From assembly GCF_009914755.1 (NCBI RefSeq), contig NC_060937.1: a stretch of 64,000 nucleotides of DNA; one strand, given 5' to 3'. A program made the position numbers and the translations under genes. Origin of the DNA: the human T2T-CHM13v2.0 reference genome, Homo sapiens. Under the pieces are notes generated by a model, which was not told the origin of the DNA, searched no databases, and saw only the letters and a program-made list of their open reading frames with translations. Shown piece by piece: positions 1 to 14,072 of the stretch (position 1 is the stretch's first letter; every line of letters starts with the position of its first letter).

Positions 1-266
1 GAACCTAAACCCAGATCAATAGAAAGTTCCAAACTCAAACACAAACAAAATAATGAGATAGAAAAAAAATTGAGTATGATCTGTGATACACATCAAATGT
101 TGTAACACAAGTGTAACTGGGGTCCAGAAGCAGAAGAGAGAGTGGAAATGGTACAGAAGAAATATTTCAGAAGATAATGACTAAGAATTTTCCAAAATTG
201 ATTACATATATATAACTCAATTCACAGATCCAAGAAGCTCAGCAAAACCCAAAAAGAATACAAAAG

Positions 267-267
<1 letters not shown>

Positions 268-310
<43 letters not shown>
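268..310. repeat. (CA)n microsatellite
   Basis: Direct reading; one interruption. Confidence 0.95.
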
Positions 311-504
311 CTACCTACCCCTAAGCACTTCATGGTCAAACTGCTGAAAGTTAAAAATAAACAGCAAACCATAAAACTACAGCCAGAGAAATAAAAATAC
401 ATTATATACACGAGAAAAAAATGATATGACAGCTAATTTCTCACCAGAAACAATGGTGGCAAAAGACAATGGAATGGCATCTTTAAAGTGCTGAAAGAAA
501 GGTA

Positions 505-1535
505 GGGTTGACTCTTGAACAACACAGGGATTAGGGCAGTCAAAGTCCACATATAAATTTTGACTCCCCAGAAACTTAACTACTTATAGCCTCCTGTTAA
601 TGGGAAACCTTACCAATAACATAAACAGTCAATTAATACATTGCTGTATGTTAAATGTATTTACTGTATTCTTACAATAAGTTAGAGAAAAGAAAATCTT
701 ATTAAAATCATAAGAAAGAAAAAATACATTTACAATACTGTACTATATTTATCAATACTGTAAGTTTACATCATATAACAAGATGAATTGTCTGCTGAAA
801 TGGTGACCAACACAGCTACAGACCTCAATCTATACAATTCACGTATCAAGCAATTCACCTTTTTCTTGTAATGTCATGAGTTTTCTCTGATTCTTGGGAT
901 CACTTCAAGCATCACTAGTGGCACTTTGTATGGGTCCCATGGTGTTACTCAGGGTTTACGGTATTGCACTAAACACGATGAAAAATACTCAAGAACTGCA
1001 AGAGATCAGTTTTTACTGAAATACGCAATTTACTGGAGAGATTAACTGCTCAAGTGGAGATGATTAGTGTCAGGTGACATTTTAAGTAGATACTCAACAC
1101 ACCTGAGCTCACCGGAATAGCAACCAGAGGTGACTACAACATTAATAGAGTAATATAGTGTGCGGTACAGTTAATTTTATAAAGTTATAGTTTAATACTG
1201 CATCTTTACATTTGTTCACATTTCTCTTGACTGCAAACGGCACCATCTTTAGTTCATGTTTGTATGAACTAAAGTCAATAAATTTTGATTAATTTTAACT
1301 TTTTTTATAATAGATTTGTAAATGTTTTATGGTATTAAGTGAGAAAACAGACTATTATTTAAATATATTCAAGATATATATAACTTTTTCTTTTTTCGAG
1401 ATTTCTAACCAGTTTGTCTGCAAGTTTTTTCAAATTATTGCAAATCTACAAAAATCTCCAATATATTTCTTTGAAAAAAACCTGTGTGTAAGGGGATCTG
1501 GGCAGTTCAAATCAATGTTGTTCCAGGATCAGCTG
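505..1535. mobile_element. Tigger2b-like TcMar DNA transposon
   Basis: Terminal inverted repeats gggttgactcttgaacaaca ... tgttgttccaggatcagctg with TA target duplications at 503-504 and 1536-1537; ~1030 bp. Confidence 0.85.
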
Positions 1536-4500
1536 TACTGTTATCCTGGGATTCTATATACAGTGAAACTATCCTTCATAAGTAGAAGCAAAAGAAACAC
1601 ACTTTCAGACAAAAACTGAGATAATCTGTCTCCAGCAGACCTGTACTACAAAAAGTATAAAAGAATTTTTTCAGGCTGTAGGGAAGTGATACATATATAA
1701 CTTTTTCTTAACTTGTTCTGGGATGAAATCCTAGATCTACAAAAAGAAATGAAGAGCAATCAACAGTTGTCTATTAGATGTTGGTGATACAAAGATAAAT
1801 GAGCTATAAGACTTACCTTAAATAATTATCAAGTGGAAGAGACAAGCACATAGGTAATTATATAGCTACACAGAAAATGTAGGAGGTATGTGAAATGTAT
1901 TATAATAGCAAAAAAGAGTGGCATATAACTCACCACCATAAGCGTTTCCTACTCTGGAATAACTCAGAAACATAAAACTGTCTCCACATGAATATATGTC
2001 CAGAAGTTACTATCCCTATGTACATTTGTACCCTCATTACTGATGTTTGTTTAAAACAAAAACAAAAACTGAGAGAAACCAAAAAAACTGTTTTAGGAAA
2101 TGGGACTGGTTACCTATCTCCCAAGTCACTACTTCATTGCCATCATTTCTGTACGGATAATATCAATTCCTAAGCACAGAAACTATTCTGGTTCTTTACA
2201 TACACACACATCCAAAAAAAAAACCCAGTGTAACTTAATTAATATGCCAAACTTATAATGAAGTGAAATTAAGCAAAACTTCATTAATGCAACATCAATA
2301 TTATAAATGTAAACATGTCAATAAATGGGAATAATAAGCTTAAGCACTTCACAAGCTAATTTGTAAATGCATAACCTAATGGTTCTAACAGTAATAGAAG
2401 ACATAAAATCTTAATTTTCACCAAAAACCAAAACTTTTTTTAAAAAGAATCTCTAAAGTCATAAAAATTAACAATATTTTTACTAATATTTACTGAGCCT
2501 TTTCTATATGTCAAGCACCAGGCTAAGAGCTTGAAATGCAGCATCAGGTTGAATACGTTGGTTTAATCCTTAAAGTGAGGAAACTGTATGTCTAAAAAAT
2601 AAAAGAACAAGCTCCAAAACACTTTTGTACCTAACGATTTCATAGTATTGAGCTCAAAAATAGGACAAAGGAAAAAAATCAGCCATTAATGCTTTCAGGA
2701 GTAAAACTAGTAAAACTGTACTTGTATCAATAACATAATTTGTAAAAGTAATAACGTTAATAATAAAATATAATTATCACACCTACCCCATATGCTTAGC
2801 ACCTAAAACTCTGGGGAAAAGATAAATTTTACCCAAATGGAAAAATAAATTTGTACATTACCACTAGTATAGACGGATGAAGGCAAGATAGGAAAAATTA
2901 GCATTCCCCTCTTCTAGCTTATAAATCCACAATGGTCAAAATAGTAATATGAGATACAAAAGGATCAATCAGTATTTCATATTTTCAATATAATGCTTTT
3001 ATTTCTTTTCCCAGATAAGAAAGAATAAAAGAAAAAAATAAGGAAAGAACCATAAAAGAAAAATAAGCACAATCCTTCCTCCTATACTGGAATAGCAACT
3101 CGAATCTAATGAATACCTGAGGCTAAAAGTAAAAGCATTCCGTGCCCTATTGAGCACTCCAGGTAGATTCTACAAAATCTGGGCACTATAACAAAGCTAG
3201 GCACAAAGTGAGCTTTACTATCAAATCATTTTACATGTTATAAAAGAAGTTTCATTTTTTAAAAGAGAGGTTACTATGATTCCATTCACACATGGAAAAA
3301 TCACTCCTAATCTATCTTTGATGAAATTGCACACACGATTTGCTTAAACCAAGGTACAATAGAACACTTGAGCAAACTTTAAAAATACTTTTTACATAAA
3401 AATATGACAGGAATCCCCCTAATATTGACCATAAGTTGGTTATCTTGTATTTGGCAATTTGGCTGGGGGTTGTTTATGTGTGTGTATTACAATTTGTGCA
3501 CTTTCTATTTCATGTAAAATTTCCATAATTTTATATGAAATTCTCCTCTTAAAGTTGAGCAAGAAACACAACCCAGAGAGGTGAAGTATACAAACAATTT
3601 GCCTTTGTTGAAGAATTAGTTAAACATATGCAAGACTGAGAAGATTCTGTTATAATGCCATTTGGAGATGGTACACCACACTTCATTAATATGGCTTTGA
3701 CTGTGTCTGGGGTACACTAAGTTTTATAAATTAATATCACGTATCTTCAGGGGAAGCTAAATGAGCACCCTACTGAGTATTATCTCATACTGAGTAATTA
3801 CACTAATAATCAGTAATGACAGTTTAAATAAAATTAATTAAACAAAAAAAGGTTCAAAAAAAACTATCTGAATTTTTAGCTATAGTATATCACTGTAAAA
3901 GTGAAAACTCAGTGTTTAAGGTTTTCAGTATTACAACATTTTAAACACCAAAAGGCAAGTGATTCTTTAATTTAAAATGAAAGGAAAATATAATTAGTCA
4001 TCTTACAATTTCACAAGTATGAAAAACTACATATGATCATAAACATACTTCATTAGAACCCAGAAGGGAGTAGAAATTTTCACGAAATCCAGGAGAATTA
4101 TTAAGCAAACAAAAATTCCTTCTCATTATAGAATCAATTCTATCCAAATACATACCTGAAATACAGAATAAAATCTACTGCTTGAAATTCTCTATTTTCA
4201 GGCAATCTTACACGACGCTTAAGAGGGGGTAAAAACCTAACAGCTAACATAGCTTGGCTCTTTAGTTAACTTTATTACTAATCTGGGAACTTTGTGATTA
4301 AAAACAAGCAAGGCTCTGGAGTCTTGACTTCACAATCCTGTCCAGCCACTTGCTTAGTGTGTTACCACAACTAAGCTACTTAAACCTTCCATGATGGTAC
4401 CCATCACAGAGAAGTGTTAACAGGAAATAAAAGTACTATTCACTCTCATCTTTGGATTTAAAAGGCTGAAATGCCTTCCCTGACCACTTTATCTAAAGTA

Positions 4501-4675
4501 GCACGTGTACCCACCCCTTATCCGTCACAGCACACAGTACAGTCTCTTCCTATGTCCTTTCACATGACTTACGAAAATCTGTAATTATCTCATTTATTTT
4601 GTAATTGTTAACTCTGTCTCTTTCCAACTAAAATGTAAGTGCCATGCTAGACAAACCATCAACTGTTTTAATCAC

Positions 4676-5468
<793 letters not shown>

Positions 5469-6288
5469 AGTCATGTTGTGTATGCAGCCTATAGCACAGT
5501 ACCTGATAGTTAGCAGTCAGTCAAGTAATACTTGTTGAAGGTATGAATGAATGAGCAATTACTAGATGATAAAATATATAAAACATAGTTACCATCCCTA
5601 CAGATGCTTACCATTTGAGAGAAAAATATACAATAAAGGATCATAATTTAAGGTAGAATATTGTAAATGCCCCCAAGAAAATAAGCCAAGTGAACTAGCA
5701 ACAGGAATGAATGATTAATTCTAGAGTGGGGAAAAGTACCTTGAGAGGGGCTTTGGAATGTAAGTACAACAGGGAACTTGTGATGCTGATATGAAAATTA
5801 TAGAACATGTTAACTGCTAAGCAGTATGTCTGCCTGTTCCATGGTCTTTACATTTAAGCACTAGTGACATCACTGGTTTTACAAAGATGTATCACTGTGG
5901 AGAGAAAAACCAACCATTCAATCTTTCAGGTATGATAAGCTGAGGCCAGTTTTAGGCCATAGACTTAACCACCCAGGAACAATTCCTACCATCCGATCAA
6001 CTGCATTCTGACTTCGATATTCCTCAATGTTACAAATGGGCTTCTTCACCTCTTAATTTGTATTTTACTGGAATTTATAAGAAGTTCTTTAGCCAGAGGC
6101 TTCTTTGAAAAGACGAAAACTTACTGTTCCCTCCCTACCAAAAAATACTTGATTATCTACTTATAATATTTTGTCCACATTTAGGTTTCACATAGTATTT
6201 TAATATTATTAAATGAAAAACAAATTTATGCTCTTAAAATTTCTTCAATTGCTTGAAAATAAGTTACAACATGCAATACGTGTTCTAA

Positions 6289-6580
6289 AGCCAGCTGTCA
6301 TGCCATGGAGCAGTGTTTGGAGATGCCTGCACAGGGAAGAACCGAGGCCTCCCCGCACCAATTAGCACCCACTTGCCAGTCATGAGTGAGCCACTTTGGA
6401 AATAGATACTCCAGCCCCATCAAGGCTGCAGATGATTATAATCTCATGAAAGACCTCAAAACAGAACCATACTGTAAGCTGTTTCCAAATTTTTGATGCA
6501 AGAAACTGAAATATCAAGTGTTTATTATTGTTTGAAGCCACCAAGTTTTGAGAAATGTTATATAGCAATAGATAATTACA
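6289..6580 (+). mobile_element. MLT1E/F-like LTR 3' part
   Basis: gccagtcatgagtgagccac...tttgaagccaccaagttttg...tagcaatagataattaca terminal motif. Confidence 0.7.
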
Positions 6581-6639
6581 GAGCTCCTCATAGAATACTT
6601 TTAAATGCCTAAAATATATACGAACTAAAGTAAAATGAG

Positions 6640-7004
6640 GTTATAAAATTATTAAATTTTAATATATCAATAAATGTTCTTCACTATTGCATTAAATAAC
6701 AAAGGTAATGACAAGTCTAATTTCAACATATTGTCAAATGTAAACCATATTTTGAAATGTCTTCAGTAACTACTGTGCTTTGAAAATATCTGATTTCTGT
6801 TGGTGATAAAGTCGCAGGCCAAATACTACTGTGGGTTTTTCTGGCATGCTGATAGGTTTTTTTTTTCCTATATGCATAACTGAAAGAAATACTAAATTTC
6901 ATTTACAGATTAAATAAAATAAAGATTTAATTTTTTCTTCAAGGACACCACGAATTCCACCAAGACCCCTTGGTGGTCCATGGACCACAAGCTAAGAACA
7001 CCTG
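6640..7004. mobile_element. hAT-Charlie (Charlie4-like) fragment
   Basis: Ends gtccatggaccacaagctaagaacacctg and contains aaatactaaatttca...aaaataaagat, resembling Charlie4 termini. Confidence 0.5.
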
Positions 7005-7519
7005 GTAGGTGGGTACAGAACGATAGCAGAAATTGTGGTGGAAAAGGAGAAAGTAACTCAAGTTCCAATGCCTTCAGTGAATCAGTGGGAGGGACTAGAA
7101 GACCTACAGTTGAGACCACCAACAAGGAGGAACCAACAGGTTGTATACTCTGATGGTTTATGCTTCAAAGAGAGCTGGAAGCTTTTGAAGTAAGAAGCCA
7201 CCAGGAAAATAAAGCCATCAAAGAACATCCAGGTTTCAACTACAGCAAGGAGGAAAGAGAACATTCAAAGAAGACGACAGACTTCGAGTTCCAAAGGGCA
7301 AAGTAGGAGGGTTTGGGAAGCCTGGAGGACTTGATAGATATCAGATTAGAAGAATGAATGGACCTGAATAGTGAGAGAAGCAAAGGGGTGATTACTGATG
7401 ATATGAATTGATTATGACTCAGCTCTGCCGAAAGGTGATTTGAATTGTGATAACTGTAATGAAAATTAATAAAGACATAAACCAAAGCATGTGGACTACA
7501 CCTCCTTTATTCATCTTCT

Positions 7520-8176
7520 CTCTGTCTCTACTGTCGCTAGCTCAGGCCACTTCTAACCTGCCTCCTAGCCTTCTAACCTGCCTCCATCTCTTCACTGCCC
7601 TCTCCCCCTACCATGCTATAGCAATTCTCTACCCCAACATCATTCAACCACCTGAAAATGCAAATCCAGTCATGCCCCTCACTCCTGTGGTTAAACTCTT
7701 TCAATAGCCCCTCATTACTCAAAGGATGACATTCTTGGCTCAAAGGTTCATCTTGATCTGAACATATTTCCTCTCTAGACAATCTTTTCACCACTCCACC
7801 ACCTTACACTGTATGATCTAGAGATAATGAACAACCTAGAATCTCCTAAACATGTACAGGTTGTTCCTTGTGCCTAAAACCTACCCACACCTCATACCCC
7901 ATCCCCTTACCTGGCTAATTTCAACTCAATCTTCAGCTCCCAACTTAAACTACAGCTCATGTAAGAGCCCATTTTGATTCCTCAAGACTGAGTTAGATGC
8001 TCAAAGACTTAGTGCTTGCATCATATAATATGTATACAATTCTTTAAATGCCTGTGAACTAGGCTTTAAGTCCTTGAGAACAGATACTGTTATTTTATTC
8101 ACTAAACCCCCTCTGAACTTACCACAGTTCTAAACATGTAGTGGATGTTATATTAATATTTGTTAAGTGAATAAAT
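7520..8176 (+). mobile_element. L2 3' end
   Basis: cctggctaatttcaactcaatcttcag, tccttgagaacag, terminal tatttgttaagtgaataaat. Confidence 0.7.
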
Positions 8177-10282
8177 TAATAATTAGCTTCCTATCTTCCA
8201 GGCCTGGAACACCCTAGCCATTGCTTCTTGCCATGCTAAATTTTTCTCAACAATATTTTAAATAAAAAATAATTAACACAGCATATGAAGGGAGAATGCC
8301 AGGTGTTATGCCTTTTATATATTCAATAGGAAAACCCAGACTCTTCCTAACACTGATAATTTAGAGTAGGCCCCTACACTAAAAACAAGGATAACTTATG
8401 TTATTTAATATCATGATATAAGGTAATAAGAAAAATATCCATTCAAAAAGGAGCACACATATCATTGAAAAAAAATTTAACATTCAAGAAACCCCAAAGT
8501 TCTATCTACCCATCTACTCAAAGTACAATTCTAATTGCATATATTTAAATATTAATAATATATACTTGAGAAGTAATATAAATTAGCCCTGTATATATTA
8601 CATTTTATTTTAAAAAGCATAGACCTATATTACCCATAAACAAAAAGTCATGTGAAGACATCAATAATCGCTTTCTACTTGCCAACCTGACATGCTTCCA
8701 CTACGAATCCATTTCATTGGTATGCCAGAAGTAAAATTAATAAGGAGTAAAAATTACACCAACTCCTGCCAGCCCAGATTCCAACCTGTCCTTCAAAACT
8801 CAGCTGAAAAGTCACCTTCACATGAAGTCTTCTAAGATCAAGTGACCTTCCAGCCCCTATCATATCACACTAAAACTACTGATTGTCTATACATCCATTT
8901 CTCTACTGCACCCAGACGACAGAGACCTTCTTTTTCCATATTTGTATTTCTAAAAGAGTACTAGGCACTCAACAAATTATTAATGAATGAGTGGACAAAA
9001 CAATGAATATACAAGTCTGTACACCCTACTACATATTAGTATATTCAACTCTGAGAGCTCTTGATCTTATTCCCAAGTTTGTGCTGATTTGAGGAGGAGC
9101 TCTCTAAACTATCCTATAAATATTTAAAGATTCTAAGATAGTACTTAAGTATTACTACTGAAAATTTAAGTACAGGAAGTCCTAATTAACTCATTAATGG
9201 GCTAAGAAAGGCCCACCTGACTAAATGAACAGTTTAAGTTATTTAAAACAGAACTTGTTTGGATGTATTTTACATTCAGTCGCCCCAATCCATGCTGGTA
9301 TTTCTACTTTACACAGAAGAGTATAATATGAATATATAGTTTTACTGAAAAACTGTGGTTGGGCAGATGGTACATCACACTTTTTATCACTCATTGTTAT
9401 TAACTTACCAAGGAAAATATAAAAAGTTAATGAAAATAGAAAGTAAATTATAGTACAGAGAGCCTTATATCCTACTAGAATAATAAGATAAAACTATCTT
9501 AAATAATTCTAGGTTGAGCCTTTATTTTTAAAAGCTACTGACTTATGTTCTATTACTTGACTTTAAAGTTAGGCACAAATTCAGGTAATTAAAGTCATTT
9601 TCCTTTCTTTCATAAATATGATGTATAATTTAGCATATATCCCACAAGACACATCACATCTAGGTAGGTACAGGTAAACAAAGCTCAGTCCTATTAGGCC
9701 GCATTCATCTTTGAGTGAAGTCTCACAGAAATCACATCGGAATGTACTAGAGTTGTCTGGTAACAGTTATACCGAGGAAGAAGGCCCAGAGAACAGTTAG
9801 GAGGTGAGAGAAGAGTGAGGTGAAAGCTTCCACTCACTCACTAGAACCTACATCCACAGCAGGTGATTTCTGCAGTGGCTCTATGACCCCATTACCCCGG
9901 GAACTTTGAGGAGAACAAGGAAAGCCTGTATCTATATCTGGGCGCAGGCAGCAGTTGTTCTGAGATATGTGAAGTGCTTTCTATACAGAGAAATTTTTCC
10001 ATGTCCTTTGTAATTAAAAGAATCTCATATCCTTTAACAGATGACCTCTCAGTCCAACACCTCACTATTTTTTGGGGTGGATTTTTTTCAGTTTTGTTTA
10101 CTTGAGATATTCAAAATAGTTCATTTCTCATCTTAGAAAACATCTTAGATATAGTATGTCTTTATAATTATAATGATTTTCTCCGGATTAAGGTCAATGG
10201 CTATGATACAATTTCTCTTTTCCAATTAGAAGTCTCATATCGATGGCATCAAGGGAAAAGCGGACAATATTAAGATACGGTC

Positions 10283-10467
10283 TTGGTAACATGGAGAAAC
10301 CCCATCGCTACAAAAAAATACAAAAATTAGCCAAGCAAGGTGGTGTATGTCTGTAGTCCCAGCTACTTGGGGGTCTGAGCTGGAGCCCAGGAGGTTGGGG
10401 CTACAGTGAGCTGTGTTTGCACCACTGCCCTGGGTGACAAAGCGAGACCCTGTCTCAAAAAAAAAAA
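10283..10467 (+). mobile_element. 5'-truncated AluJ-like element
   Basis: Right-arm Alu sequence ending gagaccctgtctc plus A tail. Confidence 0.85.
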
Positions 10468-10539
10468 GGGGAAAGAATGAGATATACTTCTAGATTTTAC
10501 ATTTGGTGCTCTCAGCGGAGAAAAGGATAGTACTTAAAT

Positions 10540-10790
10540 GGCATTATAATGCTTTTGATAAAGATCATGTTACTTGGAGCCAATCTGCCAGAGTTTTCCT
10601 GGCTGCCCTCTATGACTCTGAATAAGTTACTTAAGCTCTCTCTTCCCCCAGTTTCCCCATCTTTAAAGATGGGAACAGTAACAGTGCTTACTCAGAGGTT
10701 TGGTGTTACAATTAAATGTGTTTATATAGTAAACATTTGGAACACTCTTTAGCACATAGCTAACAATTACATAGTCCTTACTGTTACTTA
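10540..10790 (+). mobile_element. MIR
   Basis: MIR core aagttacttaagctctc...cagtttccccatctttaaagatggg. Confidence 0.7.
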
Positions 10791-10835
10791 ACACACCGCT
10801 CTTCTAATTAGCAACCACAATTCCCTAGTTATGTT

Positions 10836-11014
10836 GTTTTGTTTTGTTTTTTTAAGACAAGGTTTCCCTCTGTCACTCAGACTGCAGTACAGTGGCACAA
10901 TCATGGCTCACTGTAGCCTCAAACTCCAGGGTTCAAGTGATTCTCCTGCCTCAGTCTCCCAAGTAGCTAGGACTAGGACTACAGGTTCACATCTGCATAC
11001 CATCACACCCAGCT

Positions 11015-11051
<37 letters not shown>

Positions 11052-11174
11052 GTAGAGACAGGGTCTCCCTATCTTGCCCAGGCTAATCTCGAAGTTCTGG
11101 GCTCATGCAGTCCTCCCACTTCAGCCTCCCAAACAAAGTGCCGTGATTACAGACATGAGCCACTACACTCAGCC
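10836..11174 (-). mobile_element. AluJ with middle A-rich linker expanded to T34
   Basis: Antisense Alu; TSD ccctagttatgtt / ccctaattatgtt; T run 11017-11050. Confidence 0.9.
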
Positions 11175-12029
11175 CCCTAATTATGTTTTTATACTCCCTA
11201 AGTAAATTCTCCAGCATCTTATATCTTTGTATTCCCTAGAAGGTTTCTGCACGCTAATGAGAGATGCATTATCAAGTTAGAGAGGCAGGGTCCTGTCATG
11301 AAGGCCTTATCTGCCATGTTAGACTTGACCTATATAAAACAGTTGCAATTAAGCAGTTTCAAACAGCATAAAACATTATCAGATAGGCAATGTAGATAGA
11401 TCACTCTGATAGCTGTGTGGGAAGGTGGCATTTTGGGTAGCAATAGGAAGCTGCCAGAGTCCAGAGAAGAAAAAATGAGAAGACTAGGACTGATAGAAGA
11501 AACGAGAGAAGAAGAGATTCAAGAAATAATCAGAAAGAAACATTGGAAAGGTGAAGCTACTTTCTAAGAGAATATAAGGAATAAAACAAGTTTATGAGGA
11601 AAGTAAAGGGTTTAACTTAGAGCACACAGAGCTTCTAGAATAGATGAGACATCCATTGAGGTTATTCAGTAGGCCAATGAATTATTTCTCAATTGGAGGA
11701 AAAGGTCCTAAACAGAGATATACATGGTTAGTTGAAAACTTCAGAGGTGATTACCCAAGTAAAACACTACATACCGAGGGAAAGAATAGTAGAATCAGGA
11801 AAAACAACTGAGAAAAAACAATAATTTAAGGCAAAAAGGAAAAATTATGCAACCAGATAGATAATGAAAAGTCAAAGGGGTATGAAATTGAGAAAATTTG
11901 ATGTCACAGAAGTCAAGAAATCTTTGTTCTCCAAAGAAGCAGCATATGATTATATCAAGTAGAGTAGGTAAATCCAATAAATTTCCAAGAACTAAAAACT
12001 AATAAAAATTATTTGTGATTTTAAAACGT

Positions 12030-13533
12030 CATTTATTAAAGATAAAGAAGTCACAACAATCTTATATATGCACTTTACTGCAAAGCTTCAAAATACGTGA
12101 AGCAAAAACCAATCGAACGGGAAAAATAAAATCTAAAATCACAGTTGGAGACTTCGATACTTCTCTCAATAATTGTTAGAACACACAGAAAATTAACAAG
12201 AATACAGAAGATGTGAACAGCACTACCAACCATTCAGAATATACACGAATACTGACCAAGATAGACCATGTTCTGGGACATAAAGTAAGACTTAAAAAAT
12301 CAGAAAGGACAGAATTCATGCAAACTACAGGTCTCTGACCACGAGGGAACTAAATTACAAATCAGACACAGTCAAATATCAGGAAAACCCCTAAATATTT
12401 GGAAGTTAAATAACATATACCAAAATAACCCATGGGTCAAAGAAAATAAGAAATTTAAAAATATTCAATTCAATAAAATTTTGTGGGATGCAGCTAAAGC
12501 AGATGTCAGAGGAAAATTTATAGCATAAAAAATCTAACATGTTAGCAAACAAAGGTATTAAATCAATGACTTAGAGTTCTACCTTAAGAAATCAGAGAAA
12601 AAAATAATAAAACAAAAGAAAGTAAATAATAAAGGTAAAACAAACAAAAACAAAAGAACTATAAAGAAAATTAGTGAAAACAAAAGCTAGTTTTTCAAAA
12701 GATCAATAAAACTGGCAAACCTCTAGCCAGACTAGTCACAGAGAAAAACACAGAAAACACAAATTATCAATATGAGGATTGCAAAGGGGGTAATTAATAC
12801 AGATCCTGCATTAAAGGGATAAGAAAATATCACAAACAACTTTATACCCATAAATTCAACAACATAGATAAAATTTAAAATATAGGTAAAAATTTAGATT
12901 TAACAATATAGGTAAAATGTATGTCCTTGAAAGACATAAACTACCAAGGCTCACTTAGGAAAAAATAGATTACTTGAATAGTCCTATATCTAGTAACAGA
13001 CATTTAAACAAGAAAATGTTAAATAAGCACATAAAAAAAAGTTCAACATTAGTAATTGTGGGAAACAATTTGTCAGTTTCTTATCAAGTTAAAGACACAC
13101 TTACTATATGACTCCCACAAAAAACAAAAACATATACACAAAAAAAAACAATGCTGTACTCAAATGCTCATAGCAACTGTACTAATAATAGCCGAAAACT
13201 GGAAACAACCCAAACTGCTGAAGTTAAACCAATTGTAGTATTACCAAACAATGAGCCAGACACAAAGGCAACACACTTTGTGACTCCATTTATATGAAAT
13301 TCTAAAAACTGAACTATAGTTCAGAATGCTGATAAGTGTTTGTCAAAAGCCAGGATGGGAGAAGAGAATTGACTGTAAGCGGGTACAGAGGGAACCTTTT
13401 GGGGTGATGGAAATATTTCATATCACGACTAGTGCACTCATTATTGTATATATTTCTCAAAATTCATCAGATTATACTCAATACTGGTACAATATAATGC
13501 ACGTAAATTATATTGTAAGTAAATCATACCTCA
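12030..13533 (+). mobile_element. Old L1 ORF2 (endonuclease region) and 3' fragments
   Basis: gttggagacttc, accaagatagaccatgttctggg, tgggatgcagctaaagcag, aaaactggcaaacctctagccagact; degenerate, no intact ORF. Confidence 0.8.
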
Positions 13534-14072
13534 ACTTTTTTTTTAACTTTTAGGTTCAGAGGTACATGTGTAGGTTTGTTATATAGATAAACTCATGTCA
13601 CATAGGTTTGTTGTACAGATTATTTCAGCCAGGTACTGGTCCTAGTACTAGTACTTAATAGATATTTTTTCTGATATTCTCCCTCCTCCCACCCATCACC
13701 CTCAAGTATGCCCCAGTGTCTGTTTTTCCCCTCTTTGTGTCCATGTGTTCTCATCATTTAGCTCCCACTTACAAGTGAGAACATGCAGTATTTGGTTTTC
13801 TGTTCCTGTGTTAGTTTGCTAAGGATAATGGCCTCCAGCTCCATCCATGTTCCTGCAAAGGACATGATCTTGTTCTTTTTTATGGCTGCATAGTATTGCA
13901 TGGTGTATTAGTACCATACTTTCTTTATCCAATCTGCCATTGATGGGCATTTAGATTGATTCCATGTCTTTGCTATTGTAAATAGTGCTGCAATGACCAT
14001 ACGTGTACATGTGTCTTTATGGTAGAAAATTTTATATTCCTTTGGGTATATACCCAGCAATGAGATTGCTGG
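13534..14072 (-). mobile_element. L1PA15/16-like 3' end, 5'-truncated
   Basis: Typical L1PA 3'UTR/ORF2 end (ORF track 13908-14111, YDPAISLLGIYPKEYK); 11-bp TSD atcatacctca at 13523-13533 and 14073-14083. Confidence 0.85.

Larger units (their letters stand above)
1..1760 (+). mobile_element. Old L1 (L1M/L1ME-type) ORF1 fragment, split by Tigger2b
   Basis: ORF1 motifs (gaattttccaaaattg, cagatccaagaagctcag, catctttaaagtgctgaaagaaa) before 502 resume after 1537 (aactatccttca...cactttcagacaaa). Confidence 0.75.
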